A DNA stretch of 57,080 bases, counting the filler, from Sphacelaria rigidula (taxonomy: Eukaryota): assembly GCA_964200075.2 (NCBI GenBank). It is 5 parts of 5 records of this genome, joined end to end, with 100 filler letters (N's around TTAATTAATTAA, not from the genome) between each part and the next. Parts side by side here need not be neighbours in the genome. Positions count along the whole stretch, not along the records: positions 34,314 to 45,647 come from CAXNAA020005048.1; positions 45,748 to 57,080 come from CAXNAA020005049.1; 3 more parts are not named here. One strand, 5' to 3'. Positions 36,165 to 48,600 of this stretch are shown piece by piece; within the stretch, counting starts at the first letter, position 1, and each line of letters begins with the position of its first letter. Both the position numbers and the translations under genes were made by a program. The notes under the pieces were generated by a model, which ran no database searches, was not told where the DNA came from, and saw only the letters and a list, made by a program, of their open reading frames with translations.

Positions 36165-36365
36165 GCCCGTGGCTGTCTCTGGAAGTGTCGATACCAGAAA
36201 ATGAAGCAACTCATTGGAGGCTGCCATCCATACGCGGGAAAATCAGTTCGCTTCGGGCCGAAAAATCTGAGTAGGATGCAGCTCACCCTTCATGCGACTC
36301 GCGGAACACATCACGGCACTGGCAATATGATTACGGCATGCAAGATCATGTATACTTTCCACCCC
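36165..36365 (+). mobile_element. Family B repeat copy with an internal deletion
   Basis: gaaaatgaagcaactcattggaggct...cgggccga...aggatgcag...gaacacatc matches 120-260. Confidence 0.7.
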
Positions 36366-38350
36366 CGGTGAGAACCAGCTTCATAGTGTTGCAAGAGACT
36401 ACTGCTCTCGTAGTAGATCGCTTCTTGGGTGTTTAGGTGACGCCTGAGACCTTGGCGTCTATCAGTGTTCAATTGTAAATTTTTCGGGAGGTTCGTACAT
36501 TCTTCAATATAAGCCACAGTTGGAGTAGGAGACCTAGCTTGGGCTCCCCAGCAAGAGCCATGTTTGGCGAAACTGCCATACTTGCTACGTTGCTTTCAGT
36601 GGGCATTTTGACTGCACCTTCCATACTCAAACACCCCGCACAGGGGTGGCGATAGCTCAATCCACACCGTACGTACTCAGAAAAATGAACTTGCTCTAGA
36701 TAGCCCAGAACCGTATTCATATGTTCACCAATTCTCAACGCGATATCCTGTTGTTGCAAAGGATAAAAAACCTATGGTGGAGACGAAACCACGAAGGGCA
36801 ATAATCATGCTGTTGCTTAGAAGCACAACTTTGAACTTCAATGATGGCTGCATGTGTGTCCTAGTCCTGTATGCAGCCGCAGCTAGCCGTTTGGCAGTAC
36901 ATGATTTCTCTGTGAATGCGTATCAGATGTCGAAATGGGAAATGACCAGTACGTTTGCCAAATGTGCGTCGTACCTGTTCTACTAGCTTCTGGGCACTAT
37001 CCATCGTCGGGATTTGGGCTTGTGGGTAGAAATGAGCTGGTGTTTTTGCATGAGGTGCCTATGGAGTCATCCTGCGGATTTATGTGAGCAGAATTTATTA
37101 TTAGACGCTTAATCGATTCTTCTGACTTCACCGTTTCTTGTTCCTGGAGGGGTGGTTTAAAACGTGATACTATATCAGGCACGTTGGTGTCTGATGCCCT
37201 CACGGGAAAACCTCTACACGCCTCTTTAGAGAGTTTCTATCGAGTTGTACGGAGTCGTCGGATCGAAGCACGGCACCGAACTCGACAACTTGAGCAACAA
37301 AATCCCTCCCTTACATCACTTGATATAAGCGCGCGTTTCTTGGTATTAGAGTTTACGCACCACTTGCTACTCCAGGCCGACATTTTGAGCTGCCAGGTTG
37401 ACGGTAGTGCGGCGTGGCTGTGACAACGTGCCTTACCGAGCACATGGATCCATCCGTTTATCATCCCCCGGTCTTGCTGTTCACCTCTTCAGAGCGACGG
37501 TGCATCGCATGTTGACTACGGTAGCCTGGGACAGAACGGCACCCGTGAGCAACAAGTCCGTATCTCATTAATACTCCGGAGTACACGAATCTGGGCCTAT
37601 TTTTTGGCTGTCCAACTTGCGTTTGGGTCCACTGCAACAGGCAGTATCGCGGTGTTGAATTTTGCGTTACCATGCATCCCGAGAGAAACGGTATCATGTG
37701 TCGTGTGCGCCGGACAACTCGTAGTAGTAGTAGTAGTGTGGCCGCAAGAATCAAGTCCGGCTGGTGCCAGGGTGACTAAAATGCGATTTTTATTTTTTGG
37801 AAACTCACCAAGTATTCGTAACGGAAAGACTGACGTAGAGCAGCACCACGTAGGCCGGTTGAAAATAAAGCCAACCTCATCTCTCACAACGTCCAAGAAC
37901 CCGAGGCAGTACCTTCACGCGACGAGTGAGAAAAGCGAACTGGCACAGGACGGACTAGATCGTGCTGTTGCTCCACAGCTAGCTGTACACCGCACCTCCC
38001 CCATGAGTTACTTTCCAATATTGTACACGGCTATTGTCATAATCCATTACTTGGGTTGCCAGAGTGGCCGTGTGCCAGATCGCAAGCGGGGCGTCGCTGT
38101 GCACGGCCCCGGGAAAACTAGGGGAATGTACTAGAGTATCATTTGAAGCACACGCACATCAAGCGCATATGTTTGTTTCGGTATGATGTCTTCTTTAGAT
38201 CCAGTGCAAAAGTTCAAAAGTTATGCCATAGTCAACCCGTTGTGGATCGATGTAACGGGTATTTGCGAACGTCTCGTAGTGTCGGCGGGTGACTTCTTGT
38301 AGAGCACCTCCGTGGCTTCGTGGACTTGAACTCATTCACTCAATAGCATT

Positions 38351-38431
38351 ATGAATCACGCGAGTGGAAAAGATTATGACCCCTCAGCATGGGCGAGGCA
38401 GAGGCAAGAGCGCATCAAGCGAGCATCCCAG
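38351..38431 (+). CDS. Gene D first coding exon (unknown protein)
   Basis: ATG...CAG|gtcagt; MNHASGKDYDPSAWARQRQERIKRASQ; phase 0 continues as LREKR in the next exon. Confidence 0.7.
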
Positions 38432-39627
38432 GTCAGTCAGTATGATCGGCTGAGAAGACAGAGCGGAAAATCTCTCATGTACTCTGTAGGTAAGTAAGTA
38501 CCGTAAAATAAGGCAACATCAGGGGCTGCCCGTCATCTGGAATTTGGGACATGTCGCCCCCGTGCACCCGCTCCCCTTGGAGGGGGCGGGGAATTCCAGC
38601 TTTTGGGCCCACAAAAGTTGATTTTTTCAAGACCCACAACAGTTGGGATCTCGGTTGGTGTATAACCTTCTTGCGTCGCTTTGCATGGTACCGTGCGCCC
38701 TCTGCTTTCATTGCCCGACACTATACTCTACTGGCTACTGTACTGTACCCTGCCTTGTAGTCCTGTCTAATAAGTGAAGGAAGGATACGGACAGGTACCA
38801 CAAAAGATAAACCCCCGCATGGTTCAGGACTATTTATATATGTAGGAGTCGGCACCACATGAAACGGCCCACATCCATGACGTTAGTTCCCATCACTGTG
38901 GCGTGGGGGTCCCCGCATAGTGCGGTGGGTCGCGAGCCCGCGATGACCGCATTATGCTTGAGCCTTGCAGTGCAGTACACTATTACAGTGAAATTACTTG
39001 ATATTAGTATAGCACATCGAACTTGTGACAAGTGATTCGACCGCACTTTGTTGGGGGCCCCGTTGTACCGCGGATGCTCATTTCCCGCTGGAGCAAAACC
39101 GCGGATATAATCCCCCCCCCCCCTCCCGACATCCCCCGCGATTCAAGTTTAGGGACCTATATGCCTGAAAAATGAGATGGACGTTGGTGCCGTCCTGGAT
39201 GCATGGTGCTGCCGTCGGAGTCCTCTGCAAACCCATCTTTTCATTACAGAGTACCGCTGTCTGCTTCTTCCAGGCAATCTCAGCCTCCCACCAATGAACA
39301 ACTAATGATTGAACAATCAAATACAAGCAACATGGCCACATCTACGACTGGCGCGGTTCCTCCTGTAATTATCGGTTGTGAGAACATGCGCTGCAGCGAT
39401 ATTTCAATACCTTTGCTGCACCTGTAGTGAAATTTGGAAACAAAATCCAAGTATATTTCATGAAACGGCATTTGCGTTTCGTTTCTTACAGTTAGGCAAT
39501 GCACCTTTTTTATCGCTGTGCGGCTTGTGCCAATGATCCAAGTAACGCACAAGTACACGTGCGCTACACCGTCACACTGCATCCTTTCCAAGCGGACGGC
39601 AGCGCGGTGCTGTATGGGACCGTGATG

Positions 39628-39990
39628 TGTGTTGTGTTGTGTTTTCATCCCATCTATTCTGGACGCCTGTCTATACCTTTCGGTATAAGTGGGCGCACCA
39701 GCCGGGGACATACAGGAGGCAGGCCAACACAGGAGTTTTCTTTATTATCATTTGTTTCAGTTCTCCACCTTCCTTCTGCGGTGCTTGCGTATATTTTTTA
39801 TCGCGAGAGGGGTTCAGCAGTCTCTTTCCCTCGTCGACCGTTAAGTCGAATTTTGCGTACCCACGACATAGTCGCTCTCCGCTGTTGGGCATTGGTTTAG
39901 AAAAATTCCCAGATCGCTCCGAGATTTGAACCCACGACCCAACCACCAGAAGGTTTCGAGGTTATCAAGTGAGCCACCGGGGCGATGGGC
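39628..39990 (-). mobile_element. tRNA-derived SINE (second family)
   Basis: Reverse complement starts gcccatcgccccggtggctcacttg (A-box) and contains ggttcaaatc (B-box, 39923-39932); ends in an (aacac)n tail. Confidence 0.8.
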
Positions 39991-41649
39991 TCGTTGAAAC
40001 ATTGGATATTTAGTGAAGCAAATGCTCCGTTCTCAACATGCTAGTTCTTAGGCGCAAACAAGCACAAAAGTCCGCCCGCTCATTTCCAACCTCCAAACCC
40101 AACTTGTCAGCCAAGAGACGAGCACTTGCGGTATTGTTGAAACTGGACGACCCTAACGCGCTGGCATGGGAACATCGCTCATGCCACGGAGCTGATACAC
40201 GGCACGTGGTGGGTTGCCTTACGCAGTTGTACCGCTGATGTTGTTCTCGCCGGTGACAGTGAGAGAGTGCCGATGCATTCTTGACTCTAAATACAAAACG
40301 GCACCTCGCAGCAGGTTGTAAACTGAAACACTCAACCGTTGCATGTCTTACGACTTGTGCAGGCAGTGAAAGGCACCCGCCGATTATAATCTCATGGGTA
40401 CAACATCGCTGTTGCGAGCGCCACAAACAGTCTGACCGCTTTTGCAAACCTGAACCTGCACTACTAGACTAGGATCATTGACAGTCCTTTTGTTCGCCCT
40501 GGCGGTAGTGGAAGAACCTGCCTTGCTCTACCGCTCGTGTGGTACTCGCCGGTGATACGAAAAGTGCGATCAACGCACTATTGCAGTCAAGGCGGCAGGT
40601 GGCAGCAGGTTCCGAAAACACAGCTCATGTCAAGTCACAGTACAGCGTAGCACAGTCAGCAAGAAACAGCAAATTCTACGTGAAGCGGCATATCAGCTAT
40701 TTGCTCACGCTGCAAAGCGAGCATTGACCTGTCGCCTTCACCGTTGGCTAAGCGGTATCACTACGCCACATAGCACTCCCTAACACGATGGGGTGGCGTA
40801 TGCCGCGCTGTACTGATGTCTTTCGCAGTCAAAGCAACGCCAAGGTTGTGTGGGGGGCTTTTTTTGGTACGTCATGGTTCCCCCCGTACATCTGTGAAAG
40901 ACCCTTGAGCACTAGATTTCGCCCCCGGGGACATGAATTCCCCACAATTGCCACGGTGTTCAATTTTTTGTCTAAGCGTGGACTTACAGGGTGGTCCAAA
41001 TCAATGCATACGTATAGGGATCCTGCATCACTACATAAGTATCGCCTCCGAGCGAGCGGTGAAATGGTGCCATGTGTTCACGGAGCGGGTTATTGTACAT
41101 CCAAGCTCGCGTACTCCAGTCCGCTTTTGCATGGATGTTTCGAAAGAGAAGAAAAAAACAATATATTGCACCCCGCTCAATTGATGCAATTTCGAGCTTT
41201 ACAGCGGATTCGAATACCAGTGAACCTCCGTGATGATGTTTGCTATTATGCACCAGTATCCTTGGCTCTCGTGGCAGGCTATCGCCGGAGCCGAAAACAG
41301 GGGCATGTGCGGAGGTGTATGGGCGGGTAGTTGTTGTCACATCTCGCCGCTGTGCGATTATTCTTGGTCGAAAAAAAAAAAGCCTCAGGGTTGGATTGAC
41401 TCTCATTCAGGGGTCGAAAGTTGTCTGTATCATCGTCCGTTACCTCGATTGCTACGCAGGTGAGATCGCCATATCCATGTAGCCGCTCCGCTGGTGCGCT
41501 GGTCAGCTTACCTTCGTCTTTTTTTTGCTTCTAGTTGACTCAATTCGTGATACTGCTATTCCTTTGTCGTCGTCTCTCCGGCACGTGCACCCTCGCGCCA
41601 AATCCGCGCCCTTGCGCAATGCACACAATCGGATCTCTACGCACGACAG

Positions 41650-41780
41650 CTGCGAGAGAAGCGACAGTCAGGCACTCCAGATAGGAACCACACATTCAAG
41701 CCTCAGCTACAGGCCAATCTAGATGGCGCTGTTTCTAAGTTACCGCTCGGGGCCAAAGTCGGCGATGCTGCCGGGTTAAG
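41650..41780 (+). CDS. Gene D exon 2
   Basis: gacag|CTG...AG|gtacgg; LREKRQSGTPDRNHTFKPQL...; phase 0 in, phase 2 out. Confidence 0.7.
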
Positions 41781-42556
41781 GTACGGAACCGGTCACCGAC
41801 GTACGCCGGTGTATATTATCTAGGGCACACGTTCTTTAGAAGTTGCGAAATAATGCCACTTCTTGTTTTGAAACACTTCCAAAGTATATTATACGGAGAA
41901 GATACATGTAGTTCACCTTCGGTAGTCAGCATAGCCCGTCGAATAAATCCCGTATATTTCAGTTCCGGTACCGTACCCCCAAGCCGACTCAAGTGATGTG
42001 AATAAAATGTGTTACTACTCTCGGAGTGAGTATGTGCACTGTCTTGATGCATTGGTAAAAGTATGTCGCGAGTCAGAGAATCGCAGTAATGCAGTGACAT
42101 GAAGAAAAAAAGATCGGCTGAGATGCATAGTTGGCTGAAGACCACTCCGCACCCCATCGGAAGAGGGAACAAAAAGTATCGCGTTACCCAACGACAGTCT
42201 TCGTACATTCAGTCGCTCCTGCATTTGCTAAACTTAAATTCAAGGCGCTCTACAGGTGTATGCTTTCTTACGGCCAACACCGAAAATGTATCGTCTTCTA
42301 TCCACCAAACGGGGGTGGGAGAGCGGGGTGGGCTGGACTGCGGGTACCGCCTCCCTGAGTAAAATTGCGACTATTTCCGACCTGACTTTACAAGGTGTAT
42401 GGTGCATCTTATCTTGCTGACAATTGTTTTCTTGCAAATCGCGAGCGCTGTCGTTTTTGTCGATGTATCGGCTAATTTCTCGATTAATACGCCATCTGCG
42501 AGTCCGGCGAGCTGGGCAGCAATATCCGTAGTTACTATTTTCTTTGGCTGTCTCAG

Positions 42557-42772
42557 GCAGGGCGCATACGACTTGACGCGGCTGGACAGCATGCACGCGT
42601 TTCCTCGGGGGGTGAGTGCCAACGGAGGGAGTAATAGCCGTACCTTCGGCTACGGCGACGGCGACGATCCTGACGGAGACGCTGTCAGTGACAGCAATCG
42701 ACGACTGGGGGAGCACAAAGATTCGCTGGACCGCTTGCAAGTTTCCACCTCCGAGAGACAAGGAGTAATCAG
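42557..42772 (+). CDS. Gene D exon 3
   Basis: tctcag|G...AG|gtgagc; phase 2 in and out; QGAYDLTRLDSMHAFPRG...DSLDRLQVSTSERQGVI. Confidence 0.7.
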
Positions 42773-43290
42773 GTGAGCGCAAAATGTCCCTCATGGCAAT
42801 AAGGCGGAGCGACATGACGTTAAAGCGAATGCAAGGAGCATGTTTGTGTTGCCATTCGCCTTGTTTTTACCATCTACGCGTAGTGCGCCGATTGCAGGCA
42901 CAGGGAGGTAGGTGTAAGCGAAGGATGCTGGCCTGTGACCACCCAAGTTCAAAGGGTAGTATGTGGGCAGTGTCTAAACCACCGCGTCCTTATCCCCCTG
43001 GAGTTGTATATACAGTACGAAACATGCAACTGTCTTGATCTTCACACACGCTCATGATCAGAGCAAGACACGCGGGGTACGGCGTATTGCAGGAGTTCCA
43101 TTTCCCAGGGAAGAAAATTCCCATACCTCGCACGTGGATTATCCGTGATGCCGTGATACAGAGAACAACGACGACCTCTAACTGTTCTTCACAAACATGT
43201 TAGCACGCCCTTGGTGTGAACGAGCACCATCCTTCCGCCAAGTACAATCTCAACGTTGGGCGATGATACTCGTAGTTGAGTGCAGTTTTC

Positions 43291-44388
43291 CAAGGGCAGG
43301 TCGGGTAGGGTACACCCAATACTCGGTATTTTTTTTTAAGTTATACTCTTAGCACCCAACATTTGGGTAGAGTATTTGAGATCGTATCCAATCTACCCAA
43401 CATTTGGGTAGATTATTTGAGGTCATACTCAATCTACCCACAATTTGGGTAGAGTATTGAGGTCATACCCAAGTGATGATATATACTCAAGTATTCCTGA
43501 GAATATTTACTCATTACTGGGTAGAATATTTGAGGTCGTACCCAATCTACCCACAGTTTAGGTATAGTATTTGAGGTCATACTCAATTAACCCAAACGTT
43601 GGGCAGAGTATCTGAGGCCGGAAGCAATATACCAAAACCTTAGGTATTTCATACCCAAGATACCTAAACCGCCTGTACAACGCGGACCACCGGAGCTTGT
43701 TTTGGGATCAGCTCCATCACTCCTGACCCCGTCGCGCCTTTTTCTGTTGTTTCCCCTCGCGACTGTTGCGGTGTTGCTACATCTTCCACCGTTTCCACCG
43801 CTGGGTCTTCCATGGAGGAGTTAGATGTACGGCTCGTAGAGTTTCTTATTTTTACAATATCTACCCGACTACCCGTGTACTCGGTTACCCAATGACGATG
43901 AGCAGCGCTTTGTACTAAAACTGATATTGAAGAGTATGCGAAGTATGAAGTATGGGTATGGGTATGGGTATGGGTATGTACTGCCGGGGAAGGGGCAGGT
44001 GGGTTCATGCACCTGCAAGCTTTTTTTGTTTTTTTATGGCCACCGTTCGCTCATACTCCTTGTAGCCTGTGACGTGACGTCACGAAGTCGCCAACGGTCA
44101 CGGTTACTCATCATACCCAAGTGATACTCTACACCTGAGTATTACGGAGATGACACACCCAATATTGGGTAGAGTATTTGAGGTCATACCCAACTCCCCA
44201 ATTTTTGGGTAAATTATTGACGTCACACCCAAGTGATACTCTATACCCAGGTATTGCTAATAATGCTTGCCCAATATTTGGTAGAGTACATGAGGCCGTA
44301 CCCAATTTACCCAAACGTTGGGTAGAGCAAATACCGGAGTATTTTACCGGAGTATTCAAGAGTACGCACCCTACCCAACCTGCCCTTG
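43291..44388. mobile_element. 1.1-kb non-autonomous hAT element with 41-bp subterminal arrays
   Basis: 21-bp TIR caagggcaggt(c/t)gggtagggt; perfect 8-bp TSD cagttttc (43283-43290, 44389-44396); tandem 41-bp units tacccaacatttgggtagagtatttgaggtcatacycaatc. Confidence 0.92.
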
Positions 44389-44484
44389 CAGTTTTCTTTC
44401 ATACCCGTAAGAATCTTGGTAATGTTGTGTACGTTACTGTGTTCACCACCCAACAACGCTGAATGCCGTTCCCGTGCGTCGCGC

Positions 44485-44549
44485 CATGGTCAATGGTCAA
44501 ACGACTAAGGCAAGCAACAAATGAGTACGCCCTTCCCCCCCCCCCCCCC
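44485..44549 (+). mobile_element. Family A LINE 3' end with oligo(C) tail and TSD
   Basis: TSD cccgtgcgtcgcgc (44471-44484) / cccttgcgtcgcgc (44547-44560). Confidence 0.8.
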
Positions 44550-44571
44550 TTGCGTCGCGCTGTGCCTGCAG

Positions 44572-45265
44572 ATCGGGCGGAAACGGTAACAACCACGCTT
44601 CAGCTGGACCGGCACCACCTCCGCCGCCCGTTCTGCGGCCACCGGATGAAAATGACGGTGTCAACGACGAATATCGGGACGACAGCCGCGCCAATGGCTA
44701 CACAGACTACTCCGACAATCACCGGCGTGGACATCAGCGTAAAAGCAGTTTACCGGTAGGTCAAGGCACCGGCGGTACCAACGGCAACGGGCGAAGCAGG
44801 CAGAACGGCAGCGGGGTCGGGGGGGACGCTCTAAGTCACGAGATAGATCAGAGACCCAATGTCCGGGGGTCGTTGAGCGAAGCGGTTTCGCCCACACCTT
44901 CTTCGTTCCCGATTACCTCTCCCACAGCTACAGCAGCGGTTAGACGAGCTCCGCGCATGTCGCACCCGAACAATAGAGCAGACGATCACGCACGCCAGCA
45001 GTATGCTCTGAGAAGCCCCAGTGATGGGAGCGATGCCCGATTACAGGCCCCGGATGAACACGATGTTTTCTGTGCGTCTCTTAGGGGTGGGGGTGTGGAA
45101 GGAGGCGTTTCGAGACGGGGCTCAGGGGGCGGCGGGGGAGGGAGAGGTGGGGGCAGGAAGCAAGCGGTGAAGAGACCGGAGTGGAATAACGACACGGCTA
45201 CAGCTGGTTCACTGGGAGACCCTCGGATGGCGATCGTAACGGATAATTCCCCCGGGGCGATACAG
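44572..45265 (+). CDS. Gene D exon 4 (G/S/R-rich low complexity)
   Basis: ctgcag|A, phase 2; open through SGGNGNNHASAG...RKQAVKRPEWNNDT...GAIQ; CAG|gtgctt donor; the gene continues off the contig. Confidence 0.75.
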
Positions 45266-45433
45266 GTGCTTTTTTTGTACGTCGGGGGACGTGTGTGCGG
45301 CAGGTCGCTACATATCTCACTGTTTCGATGAGAGTGATTAACGGACTGAAAATAAAACACAGGTCAAGCTGCCTTTGGTTTGCTATTTGTTGGATTTCTC
45401 TGCCAGCAGACGTTCAGGGGCGAAAGTCCTATA

Positions 45434-45647
45434 CGAGCTGGGCCAGCCGAGAAGCGATTCTGCGGTTTGCATTTTACCGATATCTGAAAACTGATTATTG
45501 CCCTTAACTCATGAAAAAAAAACCCTTGAGTGCGCCAGTAATTTTTTTTATTATGCCCAACTCATTGTCCATACCAAATTTCAGGGTCCAACTCCAAGTA
45601 TTGGCCGTATCATGGGCCGTTTAGTGACAGGGTCAGAAGAGATTCGG
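45434..45647 (+). mobile_element. Left end of the MITE family at 25958-26624 (truncated by contig end)
   Basis: TA|cgagctgggccagcc; shares attattgccc..aactca and tccataccaaatt. Confidence 0.7.
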
Positions 45648-48600
45648 NNNNNNNNNNNNNNNNNNNNNNNNNNNNNNNNNNNNNNNNNNNNTTAATTAAT
45701 TAANNNNNNNNNNNNNNNNNNNNNNNNNNNNNNNNNNNNNNNNNNNNGCCCGCGAGGCGGGGGGGCGGCGGGGTGGGGGTGGTGGAGGGGGGGGGGGGGG
45801 GGAGTGGTGGGGGGGGGGGGGGGGGGGGGGGGGGGGCGGTTGGTAAAACCACCGTAGAGTCTGGGCGAGAAAATAGCGTGTGTCCCGCCCATCAACTCAC
45901 CTTTCACCAAAACTTATACTGATGAAGAAATGTTTAGTGCGGTGCACGGATTGAGATTTATGTCACCCCTTGCTCACGGCATGAAAATATATATATATAT
46001 ATATATATCAGGTACCACGGCTGGCACAGCTACGGAGATACTTCCGTAGGTACGGGTAGGTACGGGTCAAATTATCTAGTTCAAACACTAGTTTCAAACC
46101 GCGAAAATATTTCACACATCACTCTGCCGTACGCTAGACATTGCATAGTGCAAACGTTTTTTGTAGTATAGACTCCCCCACACCAATTTCTGCCGGCCTT
46201 CTCGGGCCCGCAGTCGCAGCACAGTACAGTGCGGCGGTGGAATGATATCCAGGACAACATCGGCACAATGAGTAATGCTCTGTCTTAGTGTTCGCTTCAA
46301 GTGTCGCTGTGCCCCCAGTATAGTTGCCGTAGACAGGGTTGGCGTTGCAGCCTCCATTTGCGCTCAACTTGCTGTATCTTGCACGGCTTTGGATCCCCGG
46401 CATAACATAAAAAATAATTGTATCGTCGTTGCGTGTTGTTACATGCTGCCCGGATGGACCGTACCCCAAGAGAAAGACTGTACCCGCATCGATACTGCTG
46501 GTTCTCCTTTGTCGGTTGTCGTGCTGCTGTTCTGAATGGCTCGTGTTGATCGGTGCAGTACAGACAGTACCCACACGATGCCCAACGGGTGGCCAGGGCT
46601 GGTGCATCTTGCGGTATACTCCGGAGTATATGCAATCGGTACCGCGACGGAGAGTAAACGGAACAAAAGAAGGCAGACGACAAAGGGCTCCATACGCTGG
46701 CCATCACGCAGCCAACGTTGACCTGTATCCGTCATGCGTGTGTGATCCCGTGTGTCAGAGCGCCCCTTTCTTCCAGGGGTGAAGAGTATGCTTGCTTCAT
46801 GACGCGGTGCGTGGAAAATAATCCATCAGTGTTGGCTGCGTATCTTTTTTCTGGCTCCCCTGCCGCTACTGCCCTGTGCTTTAGCAAGCTAATGATAGGA
46901 AGTGACGTCCAGACCAGGGACGGTTGAGCTCTCCGCGTCATTTAGGTCCTGAGTAGAGCACATGTATGCACCAACAATCCCGAGTGAATTCACCCAATTA
47001 TCATGGCAAACATCGGCGAATAGCTGATTTGAGTTCAACTCTTGTCATCACAACCCGACCGACGAAGTCGATGGCACACCTGCTGGCCACCAGTGTGTCC
47101 TTTTCGGTGACACGAAAGCAGTGTTTTTGCAGGTAAGGCGTCAAGATAATGCGCACCTCGCATGTGATGACGTCGAAACTTGGAGGATGTGTAGATCGGT
47201 ACTACAGCAAAGTGTCAGTCACGGCCGTGGCCGTGCAAGGCGCTGAGGGCCCGTCTGCGTTGATACGGTGGATACCAGCATCAGAGCATTAGTTTCCAAC
47301 ACTTCCTGTCTGATGATGATTATACTGAGATACGGTATCGGTCGGGCTCGCAAGCCGCAGTGGATCCTGCCGGCCTCATCATCAATCTTCGCTCAGATAT
47401 GGATGAACACTCGCAGAAAACAAGCGAAGAACCAAGAAGAACATCCAGGCTCCGTATATCTAAGGGGTGGGGGCTGAACGCTCCCGGTCTTCGTTGCTCG
47501 ACAGTCCACGGTTGAGCTCCGCACGCGCGATCACTGCGTTTTGACACGGACCGTTGCCGGCGTACCCAGCGAGAGGGGTGATGTGCCCGTACAGGCAATA
47601 CCAATGCTAGCGCATGCTGCGTGTTGACAGCCTAGCGGCCTGGAAGGTGGTCATAGTGGTATTCTTTCAGCGATATATCCTTACAGTGCGCTGGGGAAGG
47701 AGTTTTCACGTGAATATTGTGGCGATTCCCCCACTTACACTTCACCCATATGTCGTGGATGTTTTTACGATCTCATCGCGTAAGTTTGGATGTGGAAATA
47801 TACCAGGCCCTGGGCAGAAGGTATCTACAGTCAGTATACAACACCAAAATGTGTGCTGCACACTGGAATCTTTTGCCTGCTGCAACTTGCGGGATACACG
47901 TACTTGTAGTCGGTACTACACGCGGTACGCTTTGAGACTGTGCAAATATCTCGACGGTGTGAAATGTTACAGGCGGCTTTCGTGCCATAGCTGCTGTTAC
48001 CATGGAGGTTCGCCCAAAATACGGGCAGCTTTTATAGCGGCGAGGGCGGCCTTTCACTCCTGCGTGCGCCACCTAGGGCAAGCTTAGCTGCAACACGGAC
48101 AGCTGTTCAAACTGTGGCGTAACGAGGGGTGGTATTCCTCGTGCACGTGGGCCCCAGCATAGAGCGTCTGCGCTCATGTTGTGGCTAAGAGCTCACGACT
48201 GCGAGAAGTCAACCCAACACAGGGATAACGTAAGGATGTGACAAGCTGCGCTTCGCTACGTCACCCTAAACCCTGCCGCTGATCGGTGATGAGGTACAGT
48301 CACCCAACGTGCCAATTCTGCGATTGGTACGCAGTGTCAAACACGGACTGCGTGCAGTATATACGATACATGCGTGTTTTAAGACGATGCACAGGGTGGG
48401 GCTCACATCTCGAGAACCCTGCACCAAGTTCGCCTTTGTCTAGCGGATCCTGATACCTCTTCAGTAGCAAGCGCTTGCGATATGTGCTGTGACGGATCCC
48501 GTGCGCGATGTGGCTTTCTCCACCGTGGGGTAGCCCGTGATTCCGGCTGTTGGTGCTGACAGTGCCCATCCCTCTTCCCACGACGACCTCCTCTCTGAGC

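Noticed and set aside
37985-38050. Minus-strand YWKV/NSWG resembling the papain catalytic Asn motif
   Set aside because: Needs a frameshift and lacks the upstream HAV..VGY motif in register; probably chance.
43353-43640. Palindromic 41-bp repeat array resembling a CRISPR
   Set aside because: Units are contiguous with no unique spacers, lie inside an element with hAT TIRs and an 8-bp TSD, and no cas genes are present.
48406-48595. Exon-like segment on the minus strand (also 53302-53430 and 54866-55050 on +)
   Set aside because: Splice-like ends, but no recognisable protein and no phase-consistent gene model could be built; may be lncRNA or decayed sequence.
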